Positions 25,001 to 35,175 of a stretch of DNA of 64,000 bases are shown here, in pieces. The translations under genes and the position numbers were made by a program. Position 1 is the first letter of the stretch, and the number at the start of each line of letters is the position of its first letter. Origin of the DNA: Macrostomum lignano (Eukaryota); assembly GCA_002269645.1 (NCBI GenBank), contig NIVC01000300.1:62001-126000 (forward strand). Reading direction: 5' to 3'. The notes below the pieces were generated by a model, which was not told the DNA's origin, made no database searches, and saw nothing but the letters and a program-made list of their open reading frames with translations.

Positions 25001-28000
25001 GAAATTGGGTGAATAACACTGACTTTTAATTATTGAATTATTTTGTAGATTATCAATTAAAATTAAGTAAGTGAATATCAGTGAATAATTATCGATTAAT
25101 GATAAACTGAAGTATCTGCTTATACGGCAGACAGTGTGAGATAAGCCTGGAGAAGCATACAGCGTCTTTTAGCAGCTGCAGCTCAGACAGCTGCTGCAGT
25201 CTGAATGACGAAATGCATTGAATGCCTGTGAATGCGATGATGATAAGTTCTTTTCAGCGATTCAATGAGGCATTTCGTGACTGCCAAGCGGGTCCGCCTG
25301 GTGCATGCATTCACAAAACATCTGCGTTTTGAATAGTCACCAAATTCAATGATATGAATATTCCTCACTGACAACAAAATGCATAAATAAAAAATGAATT
25401 TTAGACAATCGAGACGGGATCCGGACAAAATGGATTCAAAATTCAGTTGATCGACTTTGAATCCGAAGGAGATGAGCACAGAGAAGGAGAGAGAGAGAGA
25501 GGGGTAGAGGGAGAGAGGGGGAGAGGGAGAGAGGGGAGAGGGAGAGAGGGAGAGAGGGAGAGAGGGAGAGAGGGGGAGAGGGAGAGAGGGAGAGAGGGGG
25601 AAAGAGGAGAGATAGAGGGAAAGGGAGAGAGAGAGAGAGAGAGAGAAGGGGCAGAGAGGTGGAGAGAAAGAGAGAGGAAGATGAGAAATGGAGAGGAAGA
25701 GGGAGAGAGAGAGGGAGAGAGGGGAGAGGAAGAGAGAGAGGGAGAGGTGAGAGGGAGAGGTGAGAGGTGAGAGGGGAGAGGGAGAGGTGAGAGGGGAGAG
25801 GGAGAAGGAGAGAGAGAGGGAGAGGTGAGAGGTGAGAGGTGAGAGGGAGAGGTGAGAGGGGAGAGGGAGAAGGAGAGAGAGAGGGAGAGGTGAGAGGGAG
25901 AGGTGATAGGGATAGGGAGAGGGAGAGAGAGAGAGCGAGAGGTGAGAGGGAGAAGTGATAGGGATAGGGAGAGGGAGAGAGAGAGCGAGAGGTGAGAGGG
26001 AGAGGTGATAGGGATAGGGAGAGGGAGAGAGAGAGCGAGAGGTGAGAGGGAGAGGTGATAGGGATAGGGAGAGGGAGAGAGAGAGCGAGAGGTGAGAGGG
26101 AGAGGTGAGAGGGATAGGGAGAGGGAGAGAGAGAGCGAGAGGTGAGAGGGAGAGGTGAGAGGGATAGGGAGAGGAGAGAGAGAGCGAGAGGTGAGAGGCG
26201 GAGAAACGGGAGCACCAGCCACCATCCTGTTGCGAGATAAAAATTGTCCTCACCCCGTTATTCAAGAGACGCCATTGGAGTCTCCAGCACGCCAAGAATA
26301 TTAGCAATATGGGATCGCTCAATAAGGAGGGAGTCGTGACGAAGGTTCGAGTTTCGCTCACACGCCCCCGTGCACCAAAAATATCGAACTTATTTCATCC
26401 CATTGTCTCGCAGTCCGATTTGGACCATAGGAATTTTTAGCAGCTTTTGTTTCGAAATAAAAGTACAATCGGTCTCTCCTTGGCCCTGGGCGAATCTGTC
26501 TCAACCAGAGCTGCGTCATCGATCTCAGTCAGGAGGAACTCAAGCTGCTGCTCAAGTCCCCCCTCCTATCTTTTAGTTCGGAAGATTAATAGCAAAACTC
26601 AAGAGACTATTCGGCAAAAATTGCAACAAGCTGACAGAGGCGCTGCCTTGGCTGAGTGGCCACTGAATAGTTTTGCCCACTAATTAACAATAAATAGGGA
26701 TTAGGGACAAGAGATTAATTAGTAGGTGTCTATCGCAGCAAATAGCAGACAGGATTTTGTTAATATCCCTATCTATTTCGAGAAAAAGGGATATTAATTA
26801 AAAAGTAGCGTTCCTCTGGCAGAACAAGCCTACTGGGATTTTGAAAAGCAACAGCACATTATTTCGTTCGGGTATTCATTGATGCCGCACCGTATGATTT
26901 TGATAGGAATCTGCATCACTTCATGTAGAGTCATGAAGCATAAGAATCGGCTAAATTTAGTGTTAGCTAACTATAACACTCGTATCTTTAGGACTGAGAG
27001 GGGTGTCCTAGTGGCTGCGTACATTTATAGGAGTGAGGGGGTTGTCAAAGTATCTGTGTGCATTTATAGAAGTGAGGGGGTTTGTCCCAATGGCTGCGTA
27101 CATTTATAGGAGTGAGGGGTTGTCAAAGTATCTGTGTACATTTATAGAAGTGAGGGGGTTTGTCCCAATGGCTGCGTACATTTATAGGAGTGAGGGGGTT
27201 GTCAAAGTATCTGTGTGCATTTATAGAAGTGAGGGGGTTTGTCCCAATGGCTGCGTACATTTATAGGAGTGAGGGGGTTGTCAAAGTATCTGTGTACATT
27301 TATAGGAGTGAGGGGGTTGTCAAAGTATCTGTGTACATTTATAGAAGTGAGGGGGTTTGTCCCAATGGCTGCGTACATTTATAGGAGTGAGGAGGTTGTC
27401 AAAGTAGCTGTGTACATTTATAGAAGTGAGGGGTTGTCCCAGTGGCTGAGTACATTTATAGGAGTAAGGGGGTTGTCAAAGTAGCTGTGTACATTTATAA
27501 AAGTGAGAGGGGTTCTCAGTGGCTCTATACTATTCTTTGTTGACCTGCAGCGATGGAGGTAACTACGCTCTCCCAAATCGATAGCGATCCTATTTTAAAG
27601 TGCAAGACAATAAGTCCGCCTAGCAACCCCAGATAATAAACAAGACAATACAAAGTGCACTAAAAACCCACGCAATATCCTCCTGTAGGAACTTGATCAG
27701 AGCTCGCTTCTCGTCCGGCTTGTCCACGGAGTAGTCCTTGAGCTTGACGACCATATCGGCCTTGTCGGAGAAGATCACCACTCCGAAGCGGAAGCGGTCG
27801 GATCTGGCCAGCAGGCGGGAGACGATGCCAGCGATGAACTGGCGCACCAGGGCGAAGTTGGCCCGGCCGACGGAGTGGGACGAATCGAGGGCGAAGAAGA
27901 TGTCGGCCTTCTGGCTGCAGTCTGCCGGTGGGGGGGGGCGATGAGGACAGTAAAACAGTTTCCCCGGATTCGATTCGAATTTTTCCGGCTAGGAGTGTGG

Positions 28001-31000
28001 CATACTACTTTGATTCTTCTACGATTGGAGCATGAGAACAGTTGAGGATGGAACCAGATAACCCTAGGTTTAGATTTTATCCTATAATTAATCGGTCACA
28101 ATGAGACCGACGGAATTAAGAGGCACAGAAAATTAACTGAGATTAGTTCAGTGTTGCCAGGTAAACCTTGAGCATATCGGACTCTGCGAAAAAAAGTGCT
28201 TCAATGATTTTTTAAATCAAGGGAAGTCGGACTCTTGACGCCCATTTTTGTACCAATTCCTGGGTTTATTGAAAAAAAAACAGGTACACTCCGTTTACTG
28301 ATCGATTCAAAGCAGGAAAAGCGGTATCTATTACAGCAGACTTTAATTAAGCTCAATTAATTCTGGAGAGCAGAGCTGGAAATTGAAATATGCGAAATTG
28401 TAGCAAAGCATGCGGTCGACCAGATGAAAAAATACTGAATAACGACGGCGCTTCAAGGAAACTCAACACCCTCCAAGACTAGTGCATAGGCAACCCGGAA
28501 AAATCTGCTTCAGAATTATCTTTCGCAAGAGACTGACGCCAGGAGAAAGCACTAAAGAGATAAAAAACCGCAATCGAAATTCGCGCAATTTTCATTTCGT
28601 CAGTTTTTCCCAAAAACGCTTTGGGCATATAATTGGAAGATGGAGAGTGGGAGAGGGAGAGTGAAGGAGTGGCGGGAGAAAGAAAAGTAAAAGTGGGAGA
28701 AGGAAAAAGAGAGGGCGGGAGGAAGATGGAGAGGGGAGAAGGAAGATGGAGCTGGAGAGGGGAGAAGGAAGATGGAGCTGGAGAGGGGAGAAGGAAGATG
28801 GAGCTGGAGAGGGGAGAAGGAAGATGGAGAGGGGAGAAGAAAGATGGAGCTGGAGAGGGGAGAAGAAAGATGGAGCTGGAGTGGGAGAAGGAAGATGGAG
28901 CTGGAGAGGGGAGAAGAAAGATGGAGCTGGAGAGGGGAGAAGAAAGATGGAGCTGGAGAGTGGGAGAAGGAAGATGGAGCTGGAGAGTGGGAGAAGAAAG
29001 ATGAGCTGGAGTGGGAGAAGGAAGATGGAGCTGGAGAGGGGAGAAGGAAGATGGAGCTGGAGTGGGAGAAGGAAGATGGAGCTGGATTGGGAGAAGGAAG
29101 ATGGAGCTGGAGTGGGAGAAGGAAGATGGAGCTGGAGAGGGGAGAAGAAAGATGTAGCTGGAGAGGGGAGAAGGAAGATGGAGCTGGAGAGGGGAGAAGA
29201 AAGATGGAGCTGGAGTGGGAGAAGAAAGATGGAGCTGGAGAGGGGAGAAGGAAGATGTAGCTGGAGAGGGGAGAAGGAAGATGGAGCTGGAGAGGGGAGA
29301 AGAAAGATGGAGCTGGAGTGGGAGAAGAAAGATGGAGCTGGAGTGGGAGAAGAAAGATGGAGCTGGAGAGGGGAGAAGAAAGATGTAGCTGGAGAGGGGA
29401 GAAGGAAGATGGAGCTGGAGAGGGGAGAAGGAAGATGGAGAGGGGAGAAGAAAGATGGAGCTGGAGAGGGGAGAAGGAAGATGGAGCTGGAGAGTGGGAG
29501 AAGGAAGATGGAGCTGGAGAGGGGAGAAGAAAGATGGAGCTGGAGAGGGGAGAAGGAAGATGGAGCTGGAGAGGGTAGAAGAAAGATGGAGCTGGAGAGT
29601 GGGAGAAGGAAGATGGAGCTGGAGAGGGGAGAAGAAAGATGGAGCTGGAGTGGGAGAAGAAAGATGGAGCTGGAGAGGGGAGAAGGAAGATGGAGAGGGG
29701 AGAAGAAAGATGGAGCTGGAGAGGGGAGAAGAAAGATGGAGCTGGAGAGTGGGAGAAGGAAGATGGAGCTGGAGAGGGGAGAAGAAAGATGGAGCTGGAG
29801 AGGGGAGAAGAAAGATGGAGCTGGAGAGTGGGAGAAGGAAGATGGAGCTGGAGAGTGGGAGAAGAAAGATGAGCTGGAGTGGGAGAAGGAAGATGGAGCT
29901 GGAGAGGGGAGAAGGAAGATGGAGCTGGAGTGGGAGAAGGAAGATGGAGCTGGATTGGGAGAAGGAAGATGGAGCTGGAGTGGGAGAAGGAAGATGGAGC
30001 TGGAGAGGGGAGAAGAAAGATGTAGCTGGAGTGGGAGAAGGAAGATGGAGCTGGAGAGGGGAGAAGAAAGATGGAGCTGGAGTGGGAGAAGAAAGATGGA
30101 GCTGGAGAGGGGAGAAGGAAGATGTAGCTGGAGAGGGGAGAAGGAAGATGGAGCTGGAGAGGGGAGAAGAAAGATGGAGCTGGAGTGGGAGAAGAAAGAT
30201 GGAGCTGGAGTGGGAGAAGAAAGATGGAGCTGGAGAGGGGAGAAGAAAGATGTAGCTGGAGAGGGGAGAAGGAAGATGGAGCTGGAGAGGGGAGAAGGAA
30301 GATGGAGAGGGGAGAAGAAAGATGGAGCTGGAGAGGGGAGAAGGAAGATGGAGCTGGAGAGGGGAGAAGGAAGATGGAGCTGGAGAGGGGAGAAGAAAGA
30401 TGGAGCTGGAGAGGGGAGAAGGAAGATGGAGCTGGAGAGGGTAGAAGAAAGATGGAGCTGGAGAGTGGGAGAAGGAAGATGGAGCTGGAGAGGGGAGAAG
30501 AAAGATGGAGCTGGAGTGGGAGAAGAAAGATGGAGCTGGAGAGGGGAGAAGGAAGATGGAGAGGGGAGAAGAAAGATGGAGCTGGAGAGGGGAGAAGAAA
30601 GATGGAGCTGGAGTGGGAGAAGGAAGATGGAGCTGGAGTGGGAGAAGGAAGATGGAGCTGGAGAGGGGAGAAGAAAGATGGAGCTGGAGAGGGGAGAAGG
30701 AAGATGGAGCTGGAGAGTGGGAGAAGGAAGATGGAGCTGGAGAGGGGAGAAGAAAGATGGAGCTGGAGAGGGGAGAAGGAAGATGGAGCTGGAGAGGGGA
30801 GAAGAAAGATGGAGCTGGAGAGGGGAGAAGGAAGATGGAGCTGGAGAGGGGAGAAGAAAGATGGAGCTGGAGTGGGAAAAGGAAGATGGAGCTGGAGTGG
30901 GAGAAGGAAGATGGAGCTGGAGAGGGGAGAAGAAAGATGTAGCTGGAGAGGGGAGAAGGAAGATGGAGCTGGAGAGGGGAGAAGAAAGATGGAGCTGGAG

Positions 31001-31416
31001 TGGGAGAAGAAAGATGGAGCTGGAGAGGGGAGAAGGAAGATGGAGCTGGAGAGGGGAGAAGGAAGATGGAGCTGGAGAGGGGAGAAGAAAGATGGAGCTG
31101 GAGTGGGAGAAGGAAGATGAAGCTGGAGAGTGGGAGAAGGAAGATGGAGCTGGAGAGAAAAGGAGAATAAAGAGATGGAGAGTGAAAGAAGGAAGATGAA
31201 GCTGGAGAGGGAAGGACAATAGAGACTGACAGTGGGAGAAGAGGGGAAGGGACAGAGGTAGAATGGAAGCAAGAATCTCCCTAAACCCTCACCATCCCTG
31301 CTGGTTGACAGCTCAGTCAGAGACGCCACAATGTCAGACTCGGCCGAAACAGCTGATAAACTCTGTGACCAGAGCAGCAGCAGCAGCAGCCGGTGGAAGC
31401 TGGGCCGCCTTATCAT
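8076..31416 (-). CDS. Multi-exon secreted VWA/Cys-rich/TIL matrix or adhesive-like protein (13 exons, 1304 aa; may extend to 158 via two more exons, 1619 aa)
   Basis: Exons 31293-31416, 27672-27921, 23982-24406, 22898-23134, 22134-22256, 19766-19870, 19584-19688, 18963-19190, 16043-16636, 15194-15604, 9854-10750, 9168-9239 and 8076-8419 all have GT-AG ends and matching phases (mostly 1-1). Junctions rebuild family motifs such as RCRC|ECKSKC and MRC|ACPKP. Confidence 0.8.
8616..8809. repeat. 64-bp tandem repeat, 3 copies
   Basis: CTGGATATTCTGG starts at 8616, 8680 and 8744. Confidence 0.95.
9168..9239 (-). CDS. Exon 12: short linker
   Basis: ILLKAQAQGVDVDWKKFGFSKLN; TTTTGCCAG acceptor, GTGAGT donor, 72 nt. 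Confidence 0.7.
9854..10750 (-). CDS. Exon 11: CxCP repeats + VWA domain 3
   Basis: RCSCPKP...DLAFVIDSSDSV...STYTGDAL...VVLVTDGASN...IVTIGVG; 897 nt. Confidence 0.9.
11351..11567. repeat. 15-bp tandem repeat (AGAGCAGTATGTTAT)
   Basis: Seen directly. Confidence 0.95.
11590..11836 (-). pseudogene. Frameshifted Lys/Arg-rich exon-like fragment in intron 10
   Basis: CCTCAG acceptor, then ADLDKLVRSFGKAVDDLEELDAK; KAQRVKSITAERRAQKDSKKLK follows in another frame. Confidence 0.4.
12019..13590. repeat. Perfect 12-bp tandem array (GCCAAGGCGACA) x131
   Basis: 1572 bp with no variant unit seen. Confidence 0.97.
14081..14258. repeat. 42-bp tandem repeat, ~4 copies
   Basis: TTGAGCTGGTTGGCCACGGCAATGGACTTCAGTCAGTCCAAC unit. 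Confidence 0.9.
14240..14402 (-). pseudogene. Fragment paralogous to exon 13
   Basis: KAAFLSRVRNAIAHATSVH aligns without gaps to exon-13 KADFEWTMRAALSDVLRVH (7/19 identical); a TGA falls inside the 42-bp repeat. Confidence 0.5.
14470..14765 (-). pseudogene. Truncated, deleted copy of exon 11
   Basis: FKFEHKSLICNKVQR...NGKFVPIKVFEQRVNKRNGCDDILWTGSARCSRSCSKRTDVAFVIDSSD is near-identical to ~10365-10690. It lacks SVRGTN (MIDAS broken) and stops after LDVSR. Confidence 0.85.
15194..15604 (-). CDS. Exon 10: CxCP-type Cys-rich repeats
   Basis: Repeated R-C-A-C-P-x units (RCACPKP, RCACPPD); 411 nt, GTGAGT donor. Confidence 0.85.
15630..16035. repeat. (CTAA)n microsatellite filling intron 9
   Basis: Seen directly. 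Confidence 0.95.
16043..16636 (-). CDS. Exon 9: VWA domain 2
   Basis: ADVVFMLDSSLTV...RVGVIRFN...GLTFLGEAL...ILLTDG...FVTIALG; 594 nt. Confidence 0.9.
16765..17810. repeat. 30-bp minisatellite (AGTGTGGTAAAACCCACCAAAAGACTAGAA), ~34 copies
   Basis: Seen directly; variant drift toward the right end. Confidence 0.95.
18740..18880. repeat. ~21-bp tandem repeat (AAACCCACAACCAACTCATCTG-like), ~6 copies
   Basis: Seen directly. Confidence 0.85.
18963..19190 (-). CDS. Exon 8: TIL domain
   Basis: CGPRQYFRVRASGCPRTC...CPKDPAPGCVCQPYFLLHKGACVHPSECP matches the TIL pattern; 228 nt. Confidence 0.85.
19262..19583. repeat. (CACT)n microsatellite, i.e. (GTGA)n on the gene strand
   Basis: Begins at the exon 7 donor. 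Confidence 0.95.
19584..19688 (-). CDS. Exon 7: Cys-rich EGF-like unit
   Basis: DSCPKGYELRRDRKCYRTGCDPGFKRTKEGGCKK; 105 nt, GTGAGT donor. Confidence 0.75.
19766..19870 (-). CDS. Exon 6: Cys-rich EGF-like unit
   Basis: DCPPEFEYFNGRCRPVVPKLCPDGQVLFRDVCKR; T-rich acceptor, 105 nt, phase 1-1. Confidence 0.75.
19907..21225 (+). mobile_element. Full-length mariner (DD34D) transposon, 1319 bp
   Basis: 26-bp TIRs CGAGGGGTGATCAAAAAGTTC(T/A)GCAA; TA at 19905-19906 and 21226-21227. Confidence 0.95.
20090..21152 (+). pseudogene. Mariner transposase with one frameshift near 20590
   Basis: DEPRSGRP, WVPHLLT, ITGD, HHDNAAPH and HPPYSPDLAPCD motifs; 34 residues between the last two Asp; split over two ORFs. 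Confidence 0.9.
21280..22070. repeat. TCAA-based low-complexity satellite (ATCAATCT variants)
   Basis: Seen directly. Confidence 0.95.
22134..22256 (-). CDS. Exon 5: CXCXC-type Cys-rich unit
   Basis: CKSKCPGPNFAQAAEDCRCDCSMRCRPGMALNKAACECQR; 123 nt, TTTCAG acceptor and GTGAGC donor. Confidence 0.8.
22310..22760. repeat. Telomere-like (CCCAAA)n tract with CCCTAA/CCTAAA variants
   Basis: Seen directly; intronic. Confidence 0.85.
22898..23134 (-). CDS. Exon 4: Cys-rich C-x3-C-P...C-x-C repeats
   Basis: GCQRRCPRGFLLVFPCAC...CVKSCPESQILVRPCRC...CRKACPAGKKLNAARCRC; 237 nt, phase 1-1. Confidence 0.8.
23164..23875. repeat. 32-bp tandem repeat, ~22 copies
   Basis: GACTGATGGCACTGATAGCGATTTAGTCACGT unit. 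Confidence 0.95.
23890..23975. repeat. 21-bp tandem repeat, ~4 copies, next to the exon 3 donor
   Basis: GCTCATGACCAATGCTGACAC unit. Confidence 0.85.
23982..24406 (-). CDS. Exon 3: VWA domain 1, C-half
   Basis: FKSGKTATGEAF...VVVLLTDGRAN...VLAIGIG; phase 2 to 1, GTGAGC donor. Confidence 0.85.
25480..26200. repeat. GA-rich microsatellite/minisatellite
   Basis: Almost pure purine on the + strand. Confidence 0.95.
27010..27515. repeat. ~39/40-bp dimeric tandem repeat
   Basis: TACATTTATAG(G/A)AGTGAGGGG core alternating with two different tails. Confidence 0.9.
27672..27921 (-). CDS. Exon 2: VWA domain 1, N-half
   Basis: CSQKADIFFALDSSHSV (MIDAS DxSxS)...RFGVVIFSD; CAG acceptor, GTGGGT donor, phase 1 to 2. 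Confidence 0.85.
28660..31210. repeat. ~26-bp purine-rich minisatellite (GGAGCTGGAGAGGGGAGAAGGAAGAT) in intron 1
   Basis: Seen directly, ~2.5 kb. Confidence 0.95.
31293..31416 (-). CDS. Exon 1: signal peptide
   Basis: MIRRPSFHRLLLLLLWSQSLSAVSAESDIVASLTELSTSRD, then a GTGAGG donor in phase 1. The ATG choice is inferred. Confidence 0.65.
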
Positions 31417-32261
31417 AATCCAAAACAAGATCTTCCTTCGCCGAAGCGGCTCGCTGCTTCAAACACACTAAGCAGCGCGAAGCAACGTAAGAGACCTCAA
31501 GATTCAGTTACTAGTCCGTGCCACCCTCGGTTTGCACAACCGCAGTGCCAGGCTTATATCCGCATATTGCGGTGGCTCTGTAGCCCAGTTGAGCTTCAAT
31601 TGCTCCAAGGCTGCGCACAGCCAGCCAGTCTACCAGCATTGGGCCAGCAGCAACAACAATAGGAATGGAGGGCCGGAGAAGAGGCCAGGTGCAGGCGATA
31701 GGCGACTTGGGAGCTCCCTGAGCGTCCATTGCTAATATGTATGGCCATGGCCAATTGATCAGCTCAGTTGCAATTATTGAGTTGAAAAACTCCCAACTCA
31801 AGAGTCTCAACTGGCTTGTCGGCTCAAGAATCCCCCCATTCGATTCTTCAAGAATGCATGGACTTCTTTCCGTATTAAAATAAAGCAAGTATAAAAAGAG
31901 CACGAAAATTTGTTCAGTGTAAAACTGCTCATGCACAAAATATAGACACAGAGACAGGCCACGGGGACATCAGTTTATTTATTATTTAGTTAATAATCGT
32001 CTTACAAAATCACTAAAGACATTGATAGTAGTAGTATACGCATATATTACTGCTGGTACTAAACGCAGAATGATAATTTCACTGTGAAAACGCTTGAATT
32101 TTCAGTGGCTTCTAAGAACCATAGCTTATAGCTATATAATTGAAATCATGCGAGTTTACCCACGATTAAGGATCAGAAATGAACAAAACTGATCTACTCG
32201 TATCCTACTGCAACTTTTGCTATTTTAGCAGTCAGTTCAGCACTGCGAGACTCTCAGCTCC

Positions 32262-32582
32262 TCAGGCGGCCTGACTTGACCCAATAGGCGACACCAGAAT
32301 GACTCCGTCGCCTCGAACGAAGAGCATCGGCACCGTCCGCTTCGTGGCTTTGTACACCTCCTCGTAGGTCTCCTCGTCAATCTCCAGCGTGGTGACAGTC
32401 TCTTCAACGTCGCCGAGCACCATGTTGAGATGCGAGTCGAAAGCGTGCAGCCGGCCTCTCAGCTCCCGTTCGTTGCGCATCTTCACGTGAACAATTTCGT
32501 CTAAGGACACGCGGATGAGGTCCATGGGTTCCTCAATGCTGGCTAGAGAGGCCAGCGCTTGCTGTCTGCTTGCCGACTCCAT
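32262..32582 (-). CDS. LSM3: U6 snRNA-associated Sm-like protein LSm3, intronless CDS
   Basis: [83 protein letters not shown] is the recognisable LSm3 Sm fold. ATG at 32582; AATAAA near 31976-31985. Confidence 0.95.
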   Translation of the reverse strand: MESASRQQALASLASIEEPMDLIRVSLDEIVHVKMRNERELRGRLHAFDSHLNMVLGDVEETVTTLEIDEETYEEVYKATKRTVPMLFVRGDGVILVSPIGSSQAA

Positions 32583-32600
32583 CACCTTGAGACAGTCGCT

Positions 32601-32616
32601 CTGCAGATGGCATTAG
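32601..32616 (-). promoter_or_regulatory. 3' splice or trans-splice acceptor upstream of LSm3
   Basis: CTAAT branch-like motif, then TCTGCAG, 18 nt before the ATG. Confidence 0.45.
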
Positions 32617-33346
32617 TAAAGTTTTTGTAACAATATAAACAAAGTCATTTCTATTTGAAAGTTCAATCTAGTGGCTTATCAATTTTTAACCATGTATTTA
32701 TAGAATATCAAATATTTAATAGAATATAGTGTTGATTTTGAAAAAGCTGCAACTGGCAAACTCGGATATTCTATATCATAGCATGTGTCATGATGCATGA
32801 ACTTTAACTTTGGCATCCTGGTGTTTAGGCTGGGGTAAAAATGTTGGATTTATTTTGCAAACTTTTGACTGACATCAGCTAGCATTCTTGTCTTCAATTT
32901 GGTATCCCAAGTTAAGTCAGAGGATAAAGAATAGCATTGCAATAAGTAGGCTACTGAGTCAGCAGAAGCTGTCACAGCAGCAGCAACCAATGACTTCTGT
33001 TAGTTGATACCAAGGCAAGATGCGAGAAGCAACATGTCTAAAGATCCACCTGATGAGCTTCTACAAGGACAACATCAGCTTGGACACGGCACACCAAAAC
33101 AAGAGAATAATTACGACAGCCTGCAGCAACAGATAGAGCAGTGAGCTTAAGAAAGTAAAGATTGTAAAGCACACACAATAGGCCATCCATATTTGGCTAA
33201 AGGCATTCAAGCAACATTGTGAGATGGAGTGCATGGCCAACCTATTTTAAATGACGCAGAACTCATTGCTAGTCTAGACCCAGCCACAGCTTCTCCAGCT
33301 CTGCTTCCCAGTGGATAATGGAAAAGCCACTTTTAACAAAGAAATA

Positions 33347-33469
33347 TAAAAGTGAAAATCAACATACATTATATTCTTTCAACGCATTTTGGTCCAGACC
33401 TGAAGATGGCCCTAGTTGGACCCTTGAAACGCGTCGAAAGAATATATTCTATGTTGATTTTCACTTTTA
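33347..33469 (+). ncRNA. Degenerate minimal hammerhead-like motif in an inverted repeat (Penelope-like relic)
   Basis: CTGAAGA at 33400-33406, GAAAC-GCGTC at 33426-33435 with palindromic ACGCGT; arms 33347-33385 and 33431-33469. Confidence 0.45.
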
Positions 33470-34329
33470 ATAAAGCCTAAATAAATCATTTTAGCAGTAG
33501 TAGCAATGTTGGCAGATTGTAAATCTTCTAGTTACTTTTTTATCAATTTATTAAAACCACAAGCAACTATTAAAGATTTGGTGCACCTTATGGTATGAGG
33601 TTTTTGAATGAAAACAACTGGATATCATTCTTATGCTAAAATGGTCTATTTCTAAAAACTGTCCTTTGTCCAATATGTATAAGATCTGTGACCTATATTT
33701 CTGCAGGATAGTTTTGTCTTTTAATGCAAGAAATCTATACTAAATCCTGCACATAGTAGTATCCATAAGAAATGGCACAGTGTTAGTTAGAATAATAAAG
33801 TTACTTTTTCAAGTCAAATCTTTACCTAATCAATATTATGCTCTTTTATCTAGGTTATCTCATTGATATTTGAGAGGTTTCTATTGAAATAAGTGTGCTA
33901 ACCTGTACTCCTATTTAAGCTTTTCTTTTTGTATTTTTATGTGCCTAAAATAAATATCTATAATAGTAGTGTAGTTATTATTGCGATTTATACAAGTAAA
34001 ATAGTCAATTATTAGCCATGTTGAATCCGTGCACAAAACTAGGAATAATTTAGCATTTGTTTTACTATGCGAAATATTGACAATAAATATAATTTGTTAT
34101 AAATGTAGCCTCCAAGACCCTATATATACAAGCCAATTTGCTCCCAAATAAACCAACTGGTGCTTAGCTTGTTCATTTGCTGAATTCATAGTAATATTCT
34201 CAGACTTAAAACTTGAAATTCTTACCAAGTTAGTTATTTAAAAAACTAACTAAAAGTTGAAGTGCTCAGAAACTTACTAAGAGAAAGGATTAGGGAAATA
34301 TACAAAGGAATTCCAGAGAAAGAAGAGCC

Positions 34330-35175
34330 GTGACCCTTTGATCTAGGTGACGCCCTAGAGACTGGAAGAACAGTAAAAGTACCAGTAGACTACTCAGGCC
34401 ATACACTAGACACTACCAGACTAACATATTAGACACTACCAAACTAATACCTTAAACGCTACCAGAAACCTCTTAAATGGGATTCTAAGAAACAGTTAGA
34501 AAACTAATACAAACCAAGCATAACCTTATTGTCAGCAATAGAAATTTAATAGAGAGACAACTTTGGTGGCAAGATAGAAGTAGACCTGCAACAACTTGGT
34601 TGCAGCAGTGGGATTTATAAAGAGAGCCAAAATGCCTGTTACAACTTGGTGGCTTAATGGTGGGATTGAAATATGTAGAGTAAGAAGAAATATCACCTAT
34701 ATCACCTATGACAAAAGTATATTCTAAGTATATAAATAAGGGGGCTCACTGCCGCACACACTAGTATGGCCATAATAAGAATATTTGAACAATTTGCATA
34801 AAATCATTTAATGTAAATCCTTAATTCAAATATAAATATTTGAGTCTAAATATATAATCAATTAGTGTGCTAGGGGTGTTCATGTACGATATAAAATCCC
34901 ATTGTTAAGCCACCAAAGTTGTCATAGGGCTTACTTTCTCTCCATTAAATTTCTACTATTGACACTTTAATCTTGCCTTAATGTTTTAACTGTTTCTTTG
35001 AATCTCATATATTTCTGGGTAGCGTTCTTGTAGTGTTCTGGTAGCATTCTTAGTATATGGTCTGGTAGCATTCTTAGTAAATGGGTTAAATAGTCTTAGT
35101 TTATGGCCTAAGCAGTCTTACTAATATATGTATTTTCTCTCTCCAGTCTGGGCATTACCGAGATTAGAGGGTCAC
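34330..35175. mobile_element. Old degenerate foldback/MITE-like element
   Basis: ~34330-34670 and ~34895-35175 are imperfect inverted arms (ACAACTTTGGTGGC/GCCACCAAAGTTGT); a related sequence lies at ~54070-54180. Confidence 0.5.

Noticed and set aside
28592-31428. 817-942 aa ORFs
   Set aside because: Products of the GA-rich minisatellite; only 31293-31416 is supported as an exon.
33049-33070. Second CTGATGA hammerhead core
   Set aside because: No GAAA or stem III at the expected distance.
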